Both the position numbers and the translations under genes were made by a program. From assembly GCA_964016885.1 (NCBI GenBank), contig CAXHJY010001473.1:1-32603 (forward strand): 32,603 nucleotides of DNA. The letters run 5' to 3'. The notes below the pieces were generated by a model. The model saw only the letters and a program-made list of their open reading frames with translations. It was not told the DNA's origin and did no database searches. Origin of the DNA: Eledone cirrhosa (Eukaryota). Numbering within the stretch: the stretch's first letter is position 1; each line of letters starts with the position of its first letter. Below, piece after piece: positions 12,028-24,386 of this stretch.

Positions 12028-12333
12028 CAGAGGTCCTCAAAGTGGGCACTACAAGGTCCAGGAGACGCTGGGGCTAAGTGGGCGGTAGAAATGATATAAT
12101 GGTATATTATTTATCATATGATACATATATATAAATATAGTAAAGTAAAAAAAAAGATATTTATGTATACATAGTATACATATTATTTATTATATATAAA
12201 TTAACGATTTAAGTTATTATATATTATTTACAATTTGCGTGTAAGTATGTCTCTCTGGAAATAGAGTTGGGGGCGCTGAGGGTATTATGTAGCCGTGAGC
12301 GGGGTGGTAGCCCAAAAGGTTTGAGAACCTCTG
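12028..12333. mobile_element. hAT (Charlie-like) MITE with 8-bp TSD
   Basis: TIRs CAGAGGTCCTCAAA / TTTGAGAACCTCTG. Perfect TSD GTATAGCA at 12020-12027 and 12334-12341. Confidence 0.88.
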
Positions 12334-12452
12334 GTATAGCAGATACTTATTGTATATTTTATAAAACGAATTAAATGGATGAAATTAAATCTTATTGTAA
12401 TTATATTTTATGTAAATATATCTTTCACTGCTATTTATTCTTTACGCCTTAG

Positions 12453-12617
12453 ATGTTGCTGTGTGATATAATGTGCTTTGCAGCTCTTGAAAATCCTGCA
12501 ACCGAAAATCCACGCTTACTAGAAGAATATCCTAAATTGCAAGCTTTGAGGCAGAGGGTTGAGAATCATCCCAAAATTTCCAGTTACCTCATAAAACGAA
12601 ATTCTACACCGTTTTAA
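12453..12617 (+). CDS. S-crystallin/sigma-GST gene A, last coding exon
   Basis: Pyrimidine tract then ttag|ATG. Encodes MLLCDIMCFAALENPATENPRLLEEYPKLQALRQRVENHPKISSYLIKRNSTPF*, the typical sigma-GST/S-crystallin C-terminus (YPKL...HPKI..YL.KR..T.F). Confidence 0.92.
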   Translation: MLLCDIMCFAALENPATENPRLLEEYPKLQALRQRVENHPKISSYLIKRNSTPF

Positions 12618-13173
12618 GACATATCTATTTTGATGTAAGGGACACGGATACTGCTGTATGTGATATAAATGAAAGTATATGACACATGCATGTTACATGT
12701 CACAGACGTGAGACTTGTAGCCTGTAGAGAAATTTGGAGGTTCTGCGAATCTTCACACTAAAGAAAAACACCGAAAAATCATGACAATTCTTATAGAGAA
12801 TATAATACGCAATATAAAATGTTATGGCGAAGTATTTATTAAATCAAGCGAATTGCCTATGCAAGAGAAAACTTAATACGAAATGACTATTATAAGCACA
12901 TTTTGTTATCAATAGGTAACAAATAGAGTCATTTGTTTAGGGTGTTCTATTTATAAAACTATCAGATTTGTTCATAGTCTACACACATTAAACAATTGCA
13001 TATATATTTTAGATGCATACATTTCTCAGATATACACTTTACCACTTTAACTTTTAAGCTAATCTTATTTTTGTTTTCATTTTTTTTTCCCAGCATGTAC
13101 GTATGTTGTCTTTTACATGCATGCAGATGTTTAAGATTTTCTTATGTATATGCTCTACACTCAATCCATCATA

Positions 13174-13204
<31 letters not shown>

Positions 13205-13233
13205 GTATATGTATGTATATGTATATATATATG

Positions 13234-13264
<31 letters not shown>

Positions 13265-14419
13265 GAGTGTGTGTGTGTGTGTAGTTCTATACATAAATAC
13301 AGATAAACACCAGAAGTCACTCCACTCGCCAAAAATAAATAAATAAAAATAGAATGAGCCTAGGAGGAATTCATTTTAAAAAATCATCATTATGTAATGA
13401 AAGTATTTGAAAACCTATTAATTGATTAATAAAAAAATTTATTATATTGGCAATAAAAAGTAAACTACAGCCATTGATCTTTTTTTTTTTTTTTTTTTTT
13501 TGCAGAATTACCTTCTAAATAACAATACTTATTCTAAAACAGTTTCATATGAAGAATCTAAATACTTAACTAAAACCAAAACAAAATGTATGTATTGTGT
13601 GATTGATGAAATTGTCTGTGACATACTCCATCACACTCGCATACACCCAACTACCGTTCTTAGTGTGCTACATACATCAACCCAACTACCCACATCTACC
13701 TGGCCATTCCCTGAAATAGTACAAACAACGGACAACTACATACGAAACCTCTGGTCTCTTTGGCCCTAGGACCACCTCCATACTCCCCACCATCGGGACG
13801 GAGCTGGTTATCCACAGGTATGAACCTCGCGAGATGGAGTCGTTCTTCCAACGCGTAGGCCTCACCATCCTCTGGGGAAACGTTTCTCTTTTTTGCCCGC
13901 CTGGGACGCGGGGTGACCATCGCATGGGTCCCTATTTGCTTATAATAGTGAAAGATGGGGAGAGCGAGGGAGACGAATGCTGTAAGTGAAAGGGAGAGAA
14001 CATCAACACTTATTTACTTATTTATTTATCTCATACCTACACAACACACCATTCGATCGTATACTACTACCAAAGCTTCTGGATACATATATCTCTCATT
14101 TGGTAGACGGATACAGAGTCACACAAGCTTAACCACATGCACGCACAAATACACTCACATGCACACACTAATAACAGCATAATCTTACCCAAACACACAC
14201 ACACAGGTACTACACCCATAAACACACACCACCACACAGACATATATAAGCATATACACACACGTTCACATAAAAATACATAAACATTCCACAGACACAG
14301 AGTGTATACACAAGACGCACACTTCCATCAATGATACACAGAACACACACACATACACAGACATACACATACACACACACAGGAGGAATAACATCAACGA
14401 TATGCACGCAAAAAAAAAA

Positions 14420-14900
14420 TCGTTATCTTCAATTCAGTTTTTGTGCCTACCTTTACCTATGGTCGGTCATCAATCATGGATAATGTCTGAAGAATACGAT
14501 CACGAATAGAAGCGGCCGAAATGGGATTCGTCCGAAGGGTCTTTGGAGTAACGTTACTCGATAGAGTGCGTAGCTCGGAGATCAGAGAGTCACTCCTGGT
14601 AGAGCCGCTACTTCTCTGAATTGAGAGGTCACAGCTCCGATGCTATGGGCATCTGGTTAGAATATGTCAGGAAAGAATCGTTGGACAGATTTTACGGGCA
14701 AAACCAATCGGCAGGAGACCCAGGGGTAGACCCCGAGCAAGATGGTTGGATAACATCCATGAGCTTGGCTGGTCTCGTTTGGAGATCCAGCCAGATCAGC
14801 TGGAGACTGTTGGTTCTGACAGGACCCACTGGAAGGAGTGTTTGAAAACTCTGCTCTCACGATCCACCCAGGGTTAAGTGGACGAAAAAGAAGAAGAAGA
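14420..14900 (+). mobile_element. 3' fragment of an RTE-clade LINE
   Basis: Decayed translation EAAEMGFVRRVFGVTLLDRVRSSEIRESL...SQLRCYGHLVR...GRRPRGRPRARWLDNI, ending in an (AAG)n tail. Confidence 0.8.
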
Positions 14901-15153
14901 CGCACGTTTAATGATGATGTATGTAATTTCTACATATATGCTAAACATCTATGGAATTTTATACAAGGAATCAATATTTCTTTCTCACTTCTATTTTTTC
15001 ACTCTCTCTCTATTCTTCTCTGAAAGAAATGTGCTGTATTCAGGCCTGGAGAGAAGATGGGCTCCGCCAAGTCTTTAAAATGTTCCTGAATCAACATATG
15101 TCAATACGGCAAACCATTAATTTATCAAAACGCAAATTTCCCTGTTTGTATGA

Positions 15154-15745
15154 TCTATATATATAAAACTGAGGATTTCTGTCTGTGTGTGTGTGAGTTT
15201 GAATACCTAAAACTCGAGAACCACCCAACCGACTATTTTTAAACTTTACACATGTAATACTTATGTTTCAGGGAGTGTTCTGAGCAAAAGAAATTTCAAA
15301 TTTTCAATGCCCTAGGGACCGCATTGGGCGATTTAGCGATCTCTCTCTATAATTCTTAGTTTTTCTCTTTTTAGATAGATACATACATATAACGTCGCGC
15401 CCTTATTATATTTGTCTGTATGTGTGGCTGTCTGCATTACGTCACTTCCCACAATTCCCTCTCCGTCCAGAACGCGCCCTTATGATATCTGTCTGTATGT
15501 CTGGCTATCTGCTGCCTCCGGTTATTCTGCCACCCTTGCTCAAAAAAAATCTCACACTCATTCTCCAAACAGTTGGTAAGTGCACACAACTTCTTCCTCA
15601 CGTTTTAAGCCACAATGTTGCTTACTTACGTACCACCAGACCCTTACTTCTTTGCCAGCCGTGGTTGTGGCAATACTAAGCTTAGCTAAGGCGGTTATAT
15701 ATTTCACAATACCTTATCTCGTGTAACGCCGGGTACCACTGCTAG
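15154..15745 (+). mobile_element. Non-autonomous Helitron
   Basis: Inserted between A and T. Starts TCTATATATATAAAA and ends with a GC-rich subterminal hairpin-like segment (ctcgtgtaacgccggg) and CTAG. No TSD. Confidence 0.75.
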
Positions 15746-16284
15746 TTGATTATAAATCCAGTAATTTTGGTCTGTTCGCCGGAGCCGTGTGGCGGCCAGC
15801 GCGTGGGCCCCTATTTGCTCATAATTTACTCATAAGACGGAAGCAGTAACAGTGAGAGATTGGTTCCTTTGTGTTCGGACCTGGTATATATTTATATGTT
15901 TCACGGACACACACTCACACTGATGTAATTTAATTTGATATTTAACTACATGGTCCAGATATTTTGTAGGACTGAATCCACTTGTCATTTACTATTCCCC
16001 TAATACTACCATAAAGCTCCCACCCTATGTCATACTGATTGTAATAATTTATGTAATGAATATAATTTACAAAAGAAACAAATCAATAGAAATTAATACA
16101 GTGGAGGTGGAAGGACAAGACACTTATAATAAGCACACTACAAGAATCAGCAACGGAAAGGATCGATAGTGAAAAATTATACCCACATGTACATCAGGTC
16201 CGAACATAGAGGAATCAAACTCCCCGTCATTACCCCCGTCATTACACCCGTCTCTCTCGCCCTCCTTGTCTTTCACTATTATGA

Positions 16285-16720
16285 GCAAATGGGGGTCCCA
16301 TGCGCTGGCCGCCCCACGGCCCCAGCGGACAGAATAGAGAAGGCGTTTCACCGGAGGATGGTAAGCGAGATGCTCTGGAAGAGCCATTCCAGCTCACGAG
16401 GCTCACACCTGCGGGTAGTCAGCTCAGCGCCTATGGTGGTGAGTAGGAAGGGGGCCCTAGGGCCAAGGACACCAGAGGTCTCTACTTCTAAAGGCTCGAC
16501 TGCAAACCTGTCGGAGAGCGACCGATATTTGGAGAGTTTATCATCCTCGGCCTGAAGTGCAGCAGATCCTGGGTTAGTCACAGACTGCATCAGCTTGCCG
16601 CTGGAGTATGTGTCGCTGCATTTGGCATCCCAGATGAGGGGGTTTACCGCTGCGGTACGGGAAGATGGTGATGTCATCGGGCTTTTTGCCGTCCCCTCGG
16701 TCCAGCCCCGCCGGCTCGAG
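16285..16720 (-). mobile_element. Second CRE-clade 3' fragment (restriction-like endonuclease), frameshifted
   Basis: PLIWDAKCSDTYSS...KLSKYRSLSDRFAVEPLEVETSGVLGPRA...RRCEPRE, homologous to 8700-9110. Confidence 0.8.
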
Positions 16721-17224
16721 TTTCAATAATTAAATACATTTAAATCTATTGCCGTCTTTATTGACGGCACTGCTATAAAGTATAAAGATAAATGAAGAAA
16801 CATTTTCTACAACTTCCTAAATATTATATTATGTACGCGGTATAATTATTTAAGAATTCTGCGTAATTTTTCTAACGATTTGTCATAATGTCAATGAATC
16901 TTCAAGTCTAATTATTAATATGTCATTTCATTTGCAGATGAATTCATAACTTAATTGTCAAATTAATGAGGAAGTGGGTCCTAGCACCGGATGTAGGAAG
17001 TATGTTTCTTGCAAAATACAATTATATTATGAAGTTTTTTTCTTTCCTTTTCTTTACTGTTTTTGTTTGTTTGTTGTGTTTTTGGCAATTTCCCACCACT
17101 TTATTTGTTTCTGTGTGTCTTTGTTTGTGTGCGTATGTGTGCAATCATGACAGTTTCTCCAATACGCAAGTATTTATTATGCAGCATTCATTATGTTTAT
17201 GTATGAATGTATGTGCGCCTGTAT

Positions 17225-17226
17225 TA

Positions 17227-17260
<34 letters not shown>

Positions 17261-17435
17261 TTGTGTGTGTGTGCGCGCGTGTTTGTGTGTGTGTGCGTGC
17301 GTGTGTGTGTGTGTGTGTGTGCGTGTGTTTGTGCCTGTGTATATATATATATATATATTGGATAAGTAAATGAATATGTATATATACATGTGTGTGTATG
17401 TATGTATGTATATACGTATGTTTAGAATACTGTGC

Positions 17436-17522
<87 letters not shown>

Positions 17523-18378
17523 TGTGTAAGTGTGTAAGTGTGTGTGTAGGCATTCTATTCTTCTTCTATGAACTTTAATTTGTTCAATACAAGGGCATAA
17601 ACGGAAGTGAATAACATGTTTGGTCATTGACAGATAAAGAGATGCCAGGGACAGGTAGGTGGGTGAAGAATGGAGGAAAGGGTGGAGTTTGAGTCTGTAG
17701 ACATGGAGAGATAGACTAATGGAAGAGAGAAAGGAAGAGAGACGGTGAGCAATGAAGGGTTGGACCTGGAAATATAGATTATAAGAAAGAGGGGGGAAAA
17801 GTGTAAGAGGTGGTATATGATATGTATGTAACGAATAAGTGTTAGGGTGAGGGGAGGGGAGAAAGGCAAGGAAGAAAATATGGAAAGGGTAGCTTTTCGA
17901 AATTATATGTATATGTGTGTGTCTGTGCGCGTGTGTGTGAGTGTGTGTGTGTATGCGTATATGTGAGTGTGTGTATGTGGGTGTGCCTGTGTTTGTGTGT
18001 GTGTATGTGTGTGTGTATGTGTGTTTATGCGCGTGTATGTGTGTGTATGTGTGTGAGTGCACATGGAGAGAAGGGGGGTAAGTGAGATAGAAGATGGGGG
18101 AGGAGTGAACGTTGTGTAAATAATTAGAAGATTAGAAACTAAGGAAATAGCAAAGGCTATTTAACAACAGAACTACACATACATACATGTACATACACAT
18201 ATTTATGTATATCTCTATATGCAAATACACACACATATATATATATACATAAAGAGAAAGAGAGATGTGTAGAGACAGGGAGAGAGAGAGAAAGAGATTG
18301 TTACACACATACATGCCTACATACATTCAAATACGCACATACATATATACACACAAATGTTTATACACACACTCACAT

Positions 18379-18423
<45 letters not shown>

Positions 18424-18440
18424 CATATTTACATATATTC
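17225..18440. repeat. Cluster of (TG)n, (GA)n, (TA)n and (CA)n microsatellites upstream of gene B
   Basis: Read directly, e.g. (GA)n at ~17448-17519 and (TG)n at ~17915-18060. Confidence 0.9.
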
Positions 18441-18521
18441 ATGCAATAATTAGAGATACAACATAAGACAGAAAGTAAATACGAAAGCGAAAGAAAGAAA
18501 TTGAGAGAAAAAAGAGAGAAG

Positions 18522-18527
18522 TATAAA
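18522..18527 (+). promoter_or_regulatory. Possible TATA box of gene B
   Basis: TATAAA lies about 95 nt upstream of the ATG. Position is the only support. Confidence 0.25.
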
Positions 18528-18620
18528 CGCAGAGGTGGGATGAGGAAGTGAAACTGTCATTAAATTATGCCACAAGGAAACCTGTCTTCACATTGCTAGT
18601 TTTGCCGAAGAATTAGTAAG

Positions 18621-18753
18621 ATGCCTTCCTACACTTTGTATTATTTCAATGGCCGTGGACGTGCAGAAGTCCTTCGGATGTTGTTCTCCGCAGCCGGAGT
18701 TCATTTTCAAGACAAGCGTATTGAATTTTCCGAATGGGGCCATTACAAAAGCA
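18621..18753 (+). CDS. S-crystallin/sigma-GST gene B, coding exon 1
   Basis: [44 protein letters not shown] + A|gtaagt (phase 1). [10 protein letters not shown] is the cephalopod S-crystallin/GST-sigma N-terminal signature. Confidence 0.95.
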
Positions 18754-18854
18754 GTAAGTATTTTTTTTTTAACTTGTTAACGCGTTTAAACAGCTACCTT
18801 GTCTTTTAGACTAATATTCGGAACTTAACAAAATGTCTGACAACAACGATAATG

Positions 18855-19030
18855 CTCTCTGATTTAGGAACAAGACCAACAATTTTGGGGAATAAGGAAA
18901 GTCGATTAAATCGAACCAGTGCATTACTGGTTCTTTATTTTATCGACCCGGTAAGGATGAAAGGCAAATCTAACCTCGGCGAGATTTATGCCGCTAAGCA
19001 TGTCGTCCGACGCTCTACCGATTCTGCCAA
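18855..19030 (-). mobile_element. tRNA-derived SINE copy
   Basis: Reverse complement of the 9377 family (tttatcgacccggtaaggatgaaaggcaaa). Confidence 0.75.
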
Positions 19031-19109
19031 TTCTTCCGACAACAACAATAATAACATCCAATATAATTTTATTGGAGTCAATAGTTTAGTTGCAGTGGAA
19101 TGGATCTCT

Positions 19110-19420
19110 GTCGGTTTCGATGATGAGTATTGCAGTAGTTTGATCAACGGAACAACCTGCTCATGAAATTGCCAAATAAGTGATTGAGTATTTCACTGAC
19201 ACGTGTACCATTAATGTAATTCTATAGGAGATTCAGAGTTGCACAGTGTGTAACAAGTGTGGCTCTTTGAATTACATGTACAGTCTATTCGATTGTCTTG
19301 TCTTCGATTGTTTCATTCACAAGACATGGATCGACATGTGGCTATGGTAAATAACACTTGAACAAGATGCAATGGGGTCGAACCCAGGACGTAACGATTA
19401 CAAAGTAAACTTCCCAACAA
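19110..19420 (-). mobile_element. Second SINE family, decayed (related to 32165-32470)
   Basis: cctgctcatgaaatt...cactgacacgtgtacc.ttaatgtaattcta..ggagattcag...tttgaattacatgtac is the reverse complement of the ~32305-32432 segment. Confidence 0.65.
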
Positions 19421-19794
19421 TTCAACATAACTGAGTCTTCAAGTGAGTAATGTAACGTTTCGAATACTGGTATTACGTCGAAAACCCTCCATCCGAAAGT
19501 TTAGATATTTTCAATTCTCACATCAAGAAACTTCGTTGGATTTTATTACCCTACATCTTGCATGGGCATTGTTGTAACATAAAAACCAAAGTCTCTATCT
19601 ATATAAGGTGGCGAATTGGCAGAAATGCCTCGGTAGGAAGGAAGGGCATTTAATTCCTGATGGAATCGTAGAAACGCCATCATGACACACGGTGTGTTGT
19701 GGACATTTTAAACCTGGCGGGGCCCTTTTCTCTCCATGTCGGGACATAAGATAATTACTCCAGAGAAAGAAAGAAAGAACAAAAATAATGGATT

Positions 19795-20152
19795 TCAGTA
19801 CTGGATTAATACTTTATTTATCGACCTTGAAAGGATGAAAGGGAAAGTTGACCTGGGCGCAGTGAAGTGGACCAAACACCACAAATAATGCTGTCAGACT
19901 CGCCAACGATTCTGCCAATCCACTGGGAATTTGTAGTAAATAAAGGTTTCTGATTTAGGCACAAGGTCAACATTTTTGGGAGAGGAGAAAGTCGATTAAA
20001 TCGACCCCAGTGCATGGCTGGTACTTTATTTTATCGAACCCGTAAGGATGAAAGGCAAAGTTGACCTTGGTGGCATTTGAACTCAGAACGTAAAGGGACG
20101 TAACTCTATGTAGTAAAGCATGATGTCCGACGCTCTACCGATACTGCCAATC
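19795..20152 (-). mobile_element. Two adjacent tRNA-derived SINE copies
   Basis: Two ttatcga...aaggatgaaag..aaagttgacct cores at ~19818 and ~20031. Confidence 0.75.
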
Positions 20153-20875
20153 TATCTCCAGTGAATAATGATAGATGAAATTATCCTTTCTATTAAAAAA
20201 TAAAAAATATATAATTCTCATTTTTAGCTCTGGAATATCTTTCATTGTCTTTCTGCTAAGTTAAACAGTTTCACATTGTGCTCTGGAAAAGTGTTTCACT
20301 CTTTGCAAATGAAGCATTTTTTTTTCTTTTTGATCTCCTTTGAAGCTGTATGTTTTAATTCCATTTGAAGACTAAAATACAAAGTCACCATTTTATATTA
20401 TAAATTACACTTTGTTTTTTTATTCAATTCCATTTCGATTAATATATTTTCTCTGCAGGGTTTCTGCATATATGTATATTTGGCATACATTTCCATGAGC
20501 AAACGAGAGAAATCCTATGTGGCTTCTCAACCTACTAGAAATAGTAGCCATAATCTACTGTCTTAAAAACGGGAAGGAAACATCAAAGAATGTAGTCCAT
20601 GGTATACAAAAAAGATGAGATGCTCACGGAAGGAACGCCCTTGATTAATGATCTACTCCAACAAGGTTCAATTATTTTAAACCTGGCTAAACCCATCCCT
20701 CAATGCAAAGTTGACCCCGGCGGTCTTTGAACTCAACGAACTTGAACAAATACCTCAAAGCATTCTATACGACATTCTAACAATTCTGCTAATTCGCCGC
20801 CATATCCCAATAAAGATTCGTTTCAATTAGATGTTTAAATGTATTTCATTTTTTGTTTTTGTTTTTTGTTTACAG

Positions 20876-20971
20876 AGGCACCTTGTCGCTGTTTGCCATA
20901 TTTGGAAATTGACAATATGACCAAAATACCGGAGTCTATGGCTATATCTCGTTATCTTGCTAGAGAATTTG
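20876..20971 (+). CDS. Gene B coding exon 2
   Basis: T-rich tract, tacag|AG...G|gtgagt, 96 nt, phase 1-1. Encodes [32 protein letters not shown](G), with the cis-Pro loop and [11 protein letters not shown] motif. Confidence 0.95.
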
Positions 20972-20988
20972 GTGAGTTTGTCTTAGAT

Positions 20989-21205
20989 CTTTGTCCCTCG
21001 ACCTCTGAATAGAGTTAAATCTATTTTTATTAGATGGGCTTTTTTAAAGTTTCTCAGATATTGTTGTTGTTTAGGTTCAGATGAATTTTCATGTAGCTTT
21101 GTCCCTCGCCCTCTGTATAGAGCTAAATCTCCTTTTATTAGATGAGACTTTTGTCGACTTCTCACAGAGATTGTTGTTTAGTTCCAGATAAATTCTCGTG
21201 TAGTT
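20989..21205 (+). repeat. ~108-bp diverged tandem duplication
   Basis: ctttgtccctcg.cctctg.atagag.taaatct..ttttattagatg at ~20989 and ~21097, each followed by ttctca...attgttgttt..gtt.cagat.aatt.tc.tgtag. Confidence 0.75.
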
Positions 21206-21269
21206 GATGTATGATCAACTGTATTTCAGTTTTGAGCTCCCCGTTTTTTCTAGACATAATGTCCTGTGA

Positions 21270-21385
21270 GGGCGCGTGGCTGAGTGATTAGAGACTTGGA
21301 TTCGCAATCGTGAGGTTGTGAGTTCGATTCTCGGGACGGGTGATGCGTCTGTCCTTGAACAAGATACTTTATTTCACGTTGCTGC
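21270..21385 (+). mobile_element. tRNA-derived SINE head
   Basis: A box GTGGCTGAGTG and B box GAGTTCGATTC, followed by tgtccttgaacaagatacttt. There is no acceptor-stem pairing, so this is not a tRNA gene. Confidence 0.65.
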
Positions 21386-22195
21386 TTCCGCCTGAATTTA
21401 CGAACGGTAGATAGTACTAGCAATTCAAAAGACCAATGGAAACATTGTTTCCTCGGTCCAATTTGACGAGTACCACCCCGTTCGTTCAGCAAATAAGGTC
21501 TGGGTTCTTGTCAATCAACTGTTATGTCCATATTTTCCATGGCGCCCTTCTTTTTAGACGGGCAATGTAAATTGAAGGATATTTTGCAGCTATTTTAGCA
21601 GATCTAATGAACATCTATAATATGTAACTTTTCCAGAAGAACGGATATTGATTTCTAATTTAGGCACATGGCCAGCACATTTGTGGGGAGGGACAAAGTT
21701 GATTAAATCAACCCCTGGTGGGATTCGAATTCAGAATATACCGCAATGGCATTTTATCCGAGACTTTACCAATTCTACCAATCCACTACCCTTCCATTAG
21801 TTAAAATATGAATCCAAACCAACCGCTATCATTTCGTCGTATCTTTTTCAATAAAATTTAATCATTGTTTTATTTCAAATTCCCCACAAATGTCGTTTTC
21901 ACCATACTAATGTACGGTGTCTTATCTTTTCACAGACTGATGTAGAAGCTATTATTTCGCAGTATGATGTAGAAGCTAATCACCGGCTCTTATGAAAATA
22001 TGTGTACGCGATTGTGGGTGTTTGTGCTTGATTATAACTCTATGGAGATTATGAACGTGTGTATCTGTGCGTGTGTGTGTGTGCACGCGCACGCATACAT
22101 ATGTAAAATTGTTATTTCTATTCGAACAAAGTACAAAATGTAGAATTTAGTATATATGATGACTGAGACATATTCAGAAGAAATATTTTCACGTA

Positions 22196-22982
22196 CTTTC
22201 AGGTCCCATATAATAGGGGGGGGGGTAAGTTGGAGGAGGGATAAACTGGGGTGGTTGGACATTTGCTTAAATTCTTACAAGCGGGGATTGGAATAAACGA
22301 TGGAGGGGGGGGGGTAATTGTATAGTGTACGTTCGTAAACATGGAATTTCTTGTAATTTTTTTTTTTTTATCAGAAATAATGTTTTTTTTAAATGTAAAA
22401 TAAAATCATTATTAGGCGGTGGATTGGCAGTATCGGTAGAGGGTCGGACGCCATGCTTTGACGTGTAGAGTTACGGCCCTTGCCATTCTGAGTTCAATTC
22501 CCGCCGAGGTTAACTTTGCCTTTCATCCTTACGGGGTCGATAAAATAAAGTACCAGTAATGCACTGGGTAATTGCTGGCCTTGTGCCTAACGTAGAAACA
22601 ATTATTAGGCGCTGGATTGGCAGTATCGGTAGAGGGTCGGACGCCATGCTTTGCAGTATAGAGTTACGGCCCTTTATGATTTGAGTTCAAATCCCGCCGA
22701 GGTTAACTTTGCCTTTCATCCTTACGGGGTCGACAAAATAAAATACCAGTCACGCACTGGGGTCGATTTTCCCTTCCCAAAAATTGCTGGCCTTGTGCCT
22801 ATATAAGAAACCATTATTAGATTCTCCAGATTCTTTATCAATATGAATCACTTACAATAACATTTCACCGGAGTTAGATTATCAAAATTGAATAAGTGGG
22901 GTGGTTAAAAATGTGGTGGTTAGGGTGGAAAAATTAAAAAAATTAATAATTGGGGGCAAGGCAATTATTCAAGACCTGAGAG
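22196..22982 (+). mobile_element. TA-target (Tc1/mariner-type) MITE interrupted by a SINE dimer
   Basis: ta|CTTTCAGGTCCCATATAAT ... ATTATTCAAGACCTGAGAG|ta. The internal sequence matches 26775-27090 on both sides of the SINE insertion. Confidence 0.75.
22414..22818 (+). mobile_element. Tandem pair of young tRNA-derived SINEs
   Basis: Two near-identical copies starting GGCG.TGGATTGGCAGTATCGGTAGAGGGTCGGACGCCATGCTTTG at ~22415 and ~22608. Confidence 0.85.
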
Positions 22983-23044
22983 TATATTAATGCAATATTC
23001 AATTTATATTTTAACACTATTTTACATATATATTGTAGTATTTA

Positions 23045-23446
23045 ATAATTGTTTCTACTTTAGGCACAAGGCCAGCAATTACCCAGTACATTACTGGTAC
23101 TTTATTTTATCGACCCCGTAAGGATGAAAGGCAAAGTTAACCTCGGCGGGATTTGAACTCAGACTGTAAAGGGACGTAACTATGCTAGAAAGCATGGCGT
23201 CCAGCCCCTCTACCGATACTGCCAATTCACCGCAATGATTTCTAGTATAGGCACAAGGCCAGTAATTTGGGAGGAGAGGAAAGTCGATTAAATCGACCGC
23301 AGTACGTTACTGGTACTTTATTTTATCGACCCCGTAAGGATGAAAGGCAAAGTTAACCTCGGCGGGATTTGAACTCATTCCGTAAAGGGGCGTAACTCTA
23401 TGCTGCAAAGCATGGTGTCCGATTTTCTACCGATACTGCCAATCCA
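23045..23446 (-). mobile_element. Tandem pair of young tRNA-derived SINEs, inverted relative to 22414-22818
   Basis: Two copies of tttatcgaccccgtaaggatgaaaggcaaagttaacctcggcgggatttgaactca...ctaccgatactgccaat. Confidence 0.85.
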
Positions 23447-23625
23447 AATAATGTATTCTAGATTTGCTGATGACGTACTTACATAGGGCAAAAAGCCTAA
23501 GACAAAAAGCCTATTACTTAAAAGTAATACAATGAAAATTTACTATACAAAAATAGTAATTGGTCATGTATGTAAGGAATCAATGTTATTCATTCTTAAA
23601 ATGTTTTGTTTTTTTTACTTTGCAG

Positions 23626-23741
23626 GATTCCACGGCAGAACTAACATGGATATATTCCGGATCGATTATATCTGCGACTGTTTTTATGATATATTCCATG
23701 ATTACATGAGATGGTTCCACGAGAAAAACGGACGATTCAGA
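23626..23741 (+). CDS. Gene B coding exon 3
   Basis: tttgcag|GA...AGA|gtaagt, 116 nt, phase 1-0. Encodes [39 protein letters not shown], typical of S-crystallins. Confidence 0.95.
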
Positions 23742-24186
23742 GTAAGTTCTACAATATTAGTTTATCCTCTGTGGCAATATATTCTCCATTGAGATGTTTG
23801 CACTGTGAAGATTGAGCTCTGGTTTACAGGTCGTATTCATACATCCACTTCTCATCTCCATTTATCAAAGTAATCGGAAACTCAGTATTTTTGTAGGCAG
23901 TATCGGGCAAAATGAAAATGTGACGAGTAAGTAGTACAGTATCTCACACCCTGGCTGTCTGACAGCGACTGTCGCATCAAGCGAGCTCACCATAAATCCT
24001 GCATGTACATGAATGTATTTGGTTTCACTCTTCACATATCTCTCTCCATAACGTAATTACTTACCTCGAGAAAAAATAAAGTAGGATACTTTTTCCTTGT
24101 TTCTTTCTTCCTTCTTCACCACCTCTCTCTGGAAAAAGTCTTATTGGGCATGTTACTCTTTTTCTCGTTTGAAACAAATCTAATCT

Positions 24187-24305
<119 letters not shown>

Positions 24306-24386
24306 TATGGTAAGGAGCCAGGTAGACCATAACGCACCAGAGTACTCGATACTTAGGGTAGTAGATTGGGTAATAGGAAAAGAGTC

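Noticed and set aside
13750-13945. GC-rich patch, possibly an LTR-retrotransposon gag/PBS remnant (similar ending at ~15800-15825)
   Set aside because: No diagnostic motif, no clear PBS and no paired LTRs.
17145-18062. 305-aa His/Thr-rich ORF
   Set aside because: It is built from (TG)n and (GA)n microsatellites.
19450-19482. Hammerhead-like remnant on the minus strand (AATAC-CA-GTATT-CGAAACGTT)
   Set aside because: The CUGANGA core is not intact and there is no stem I. At best it is a decayed copy.
23463-23506. CTGATGA followed by ...GGGCAAAAAGCCTA
   Set aside because: GAAA is absent (AAAA) and stem II does not pair well.
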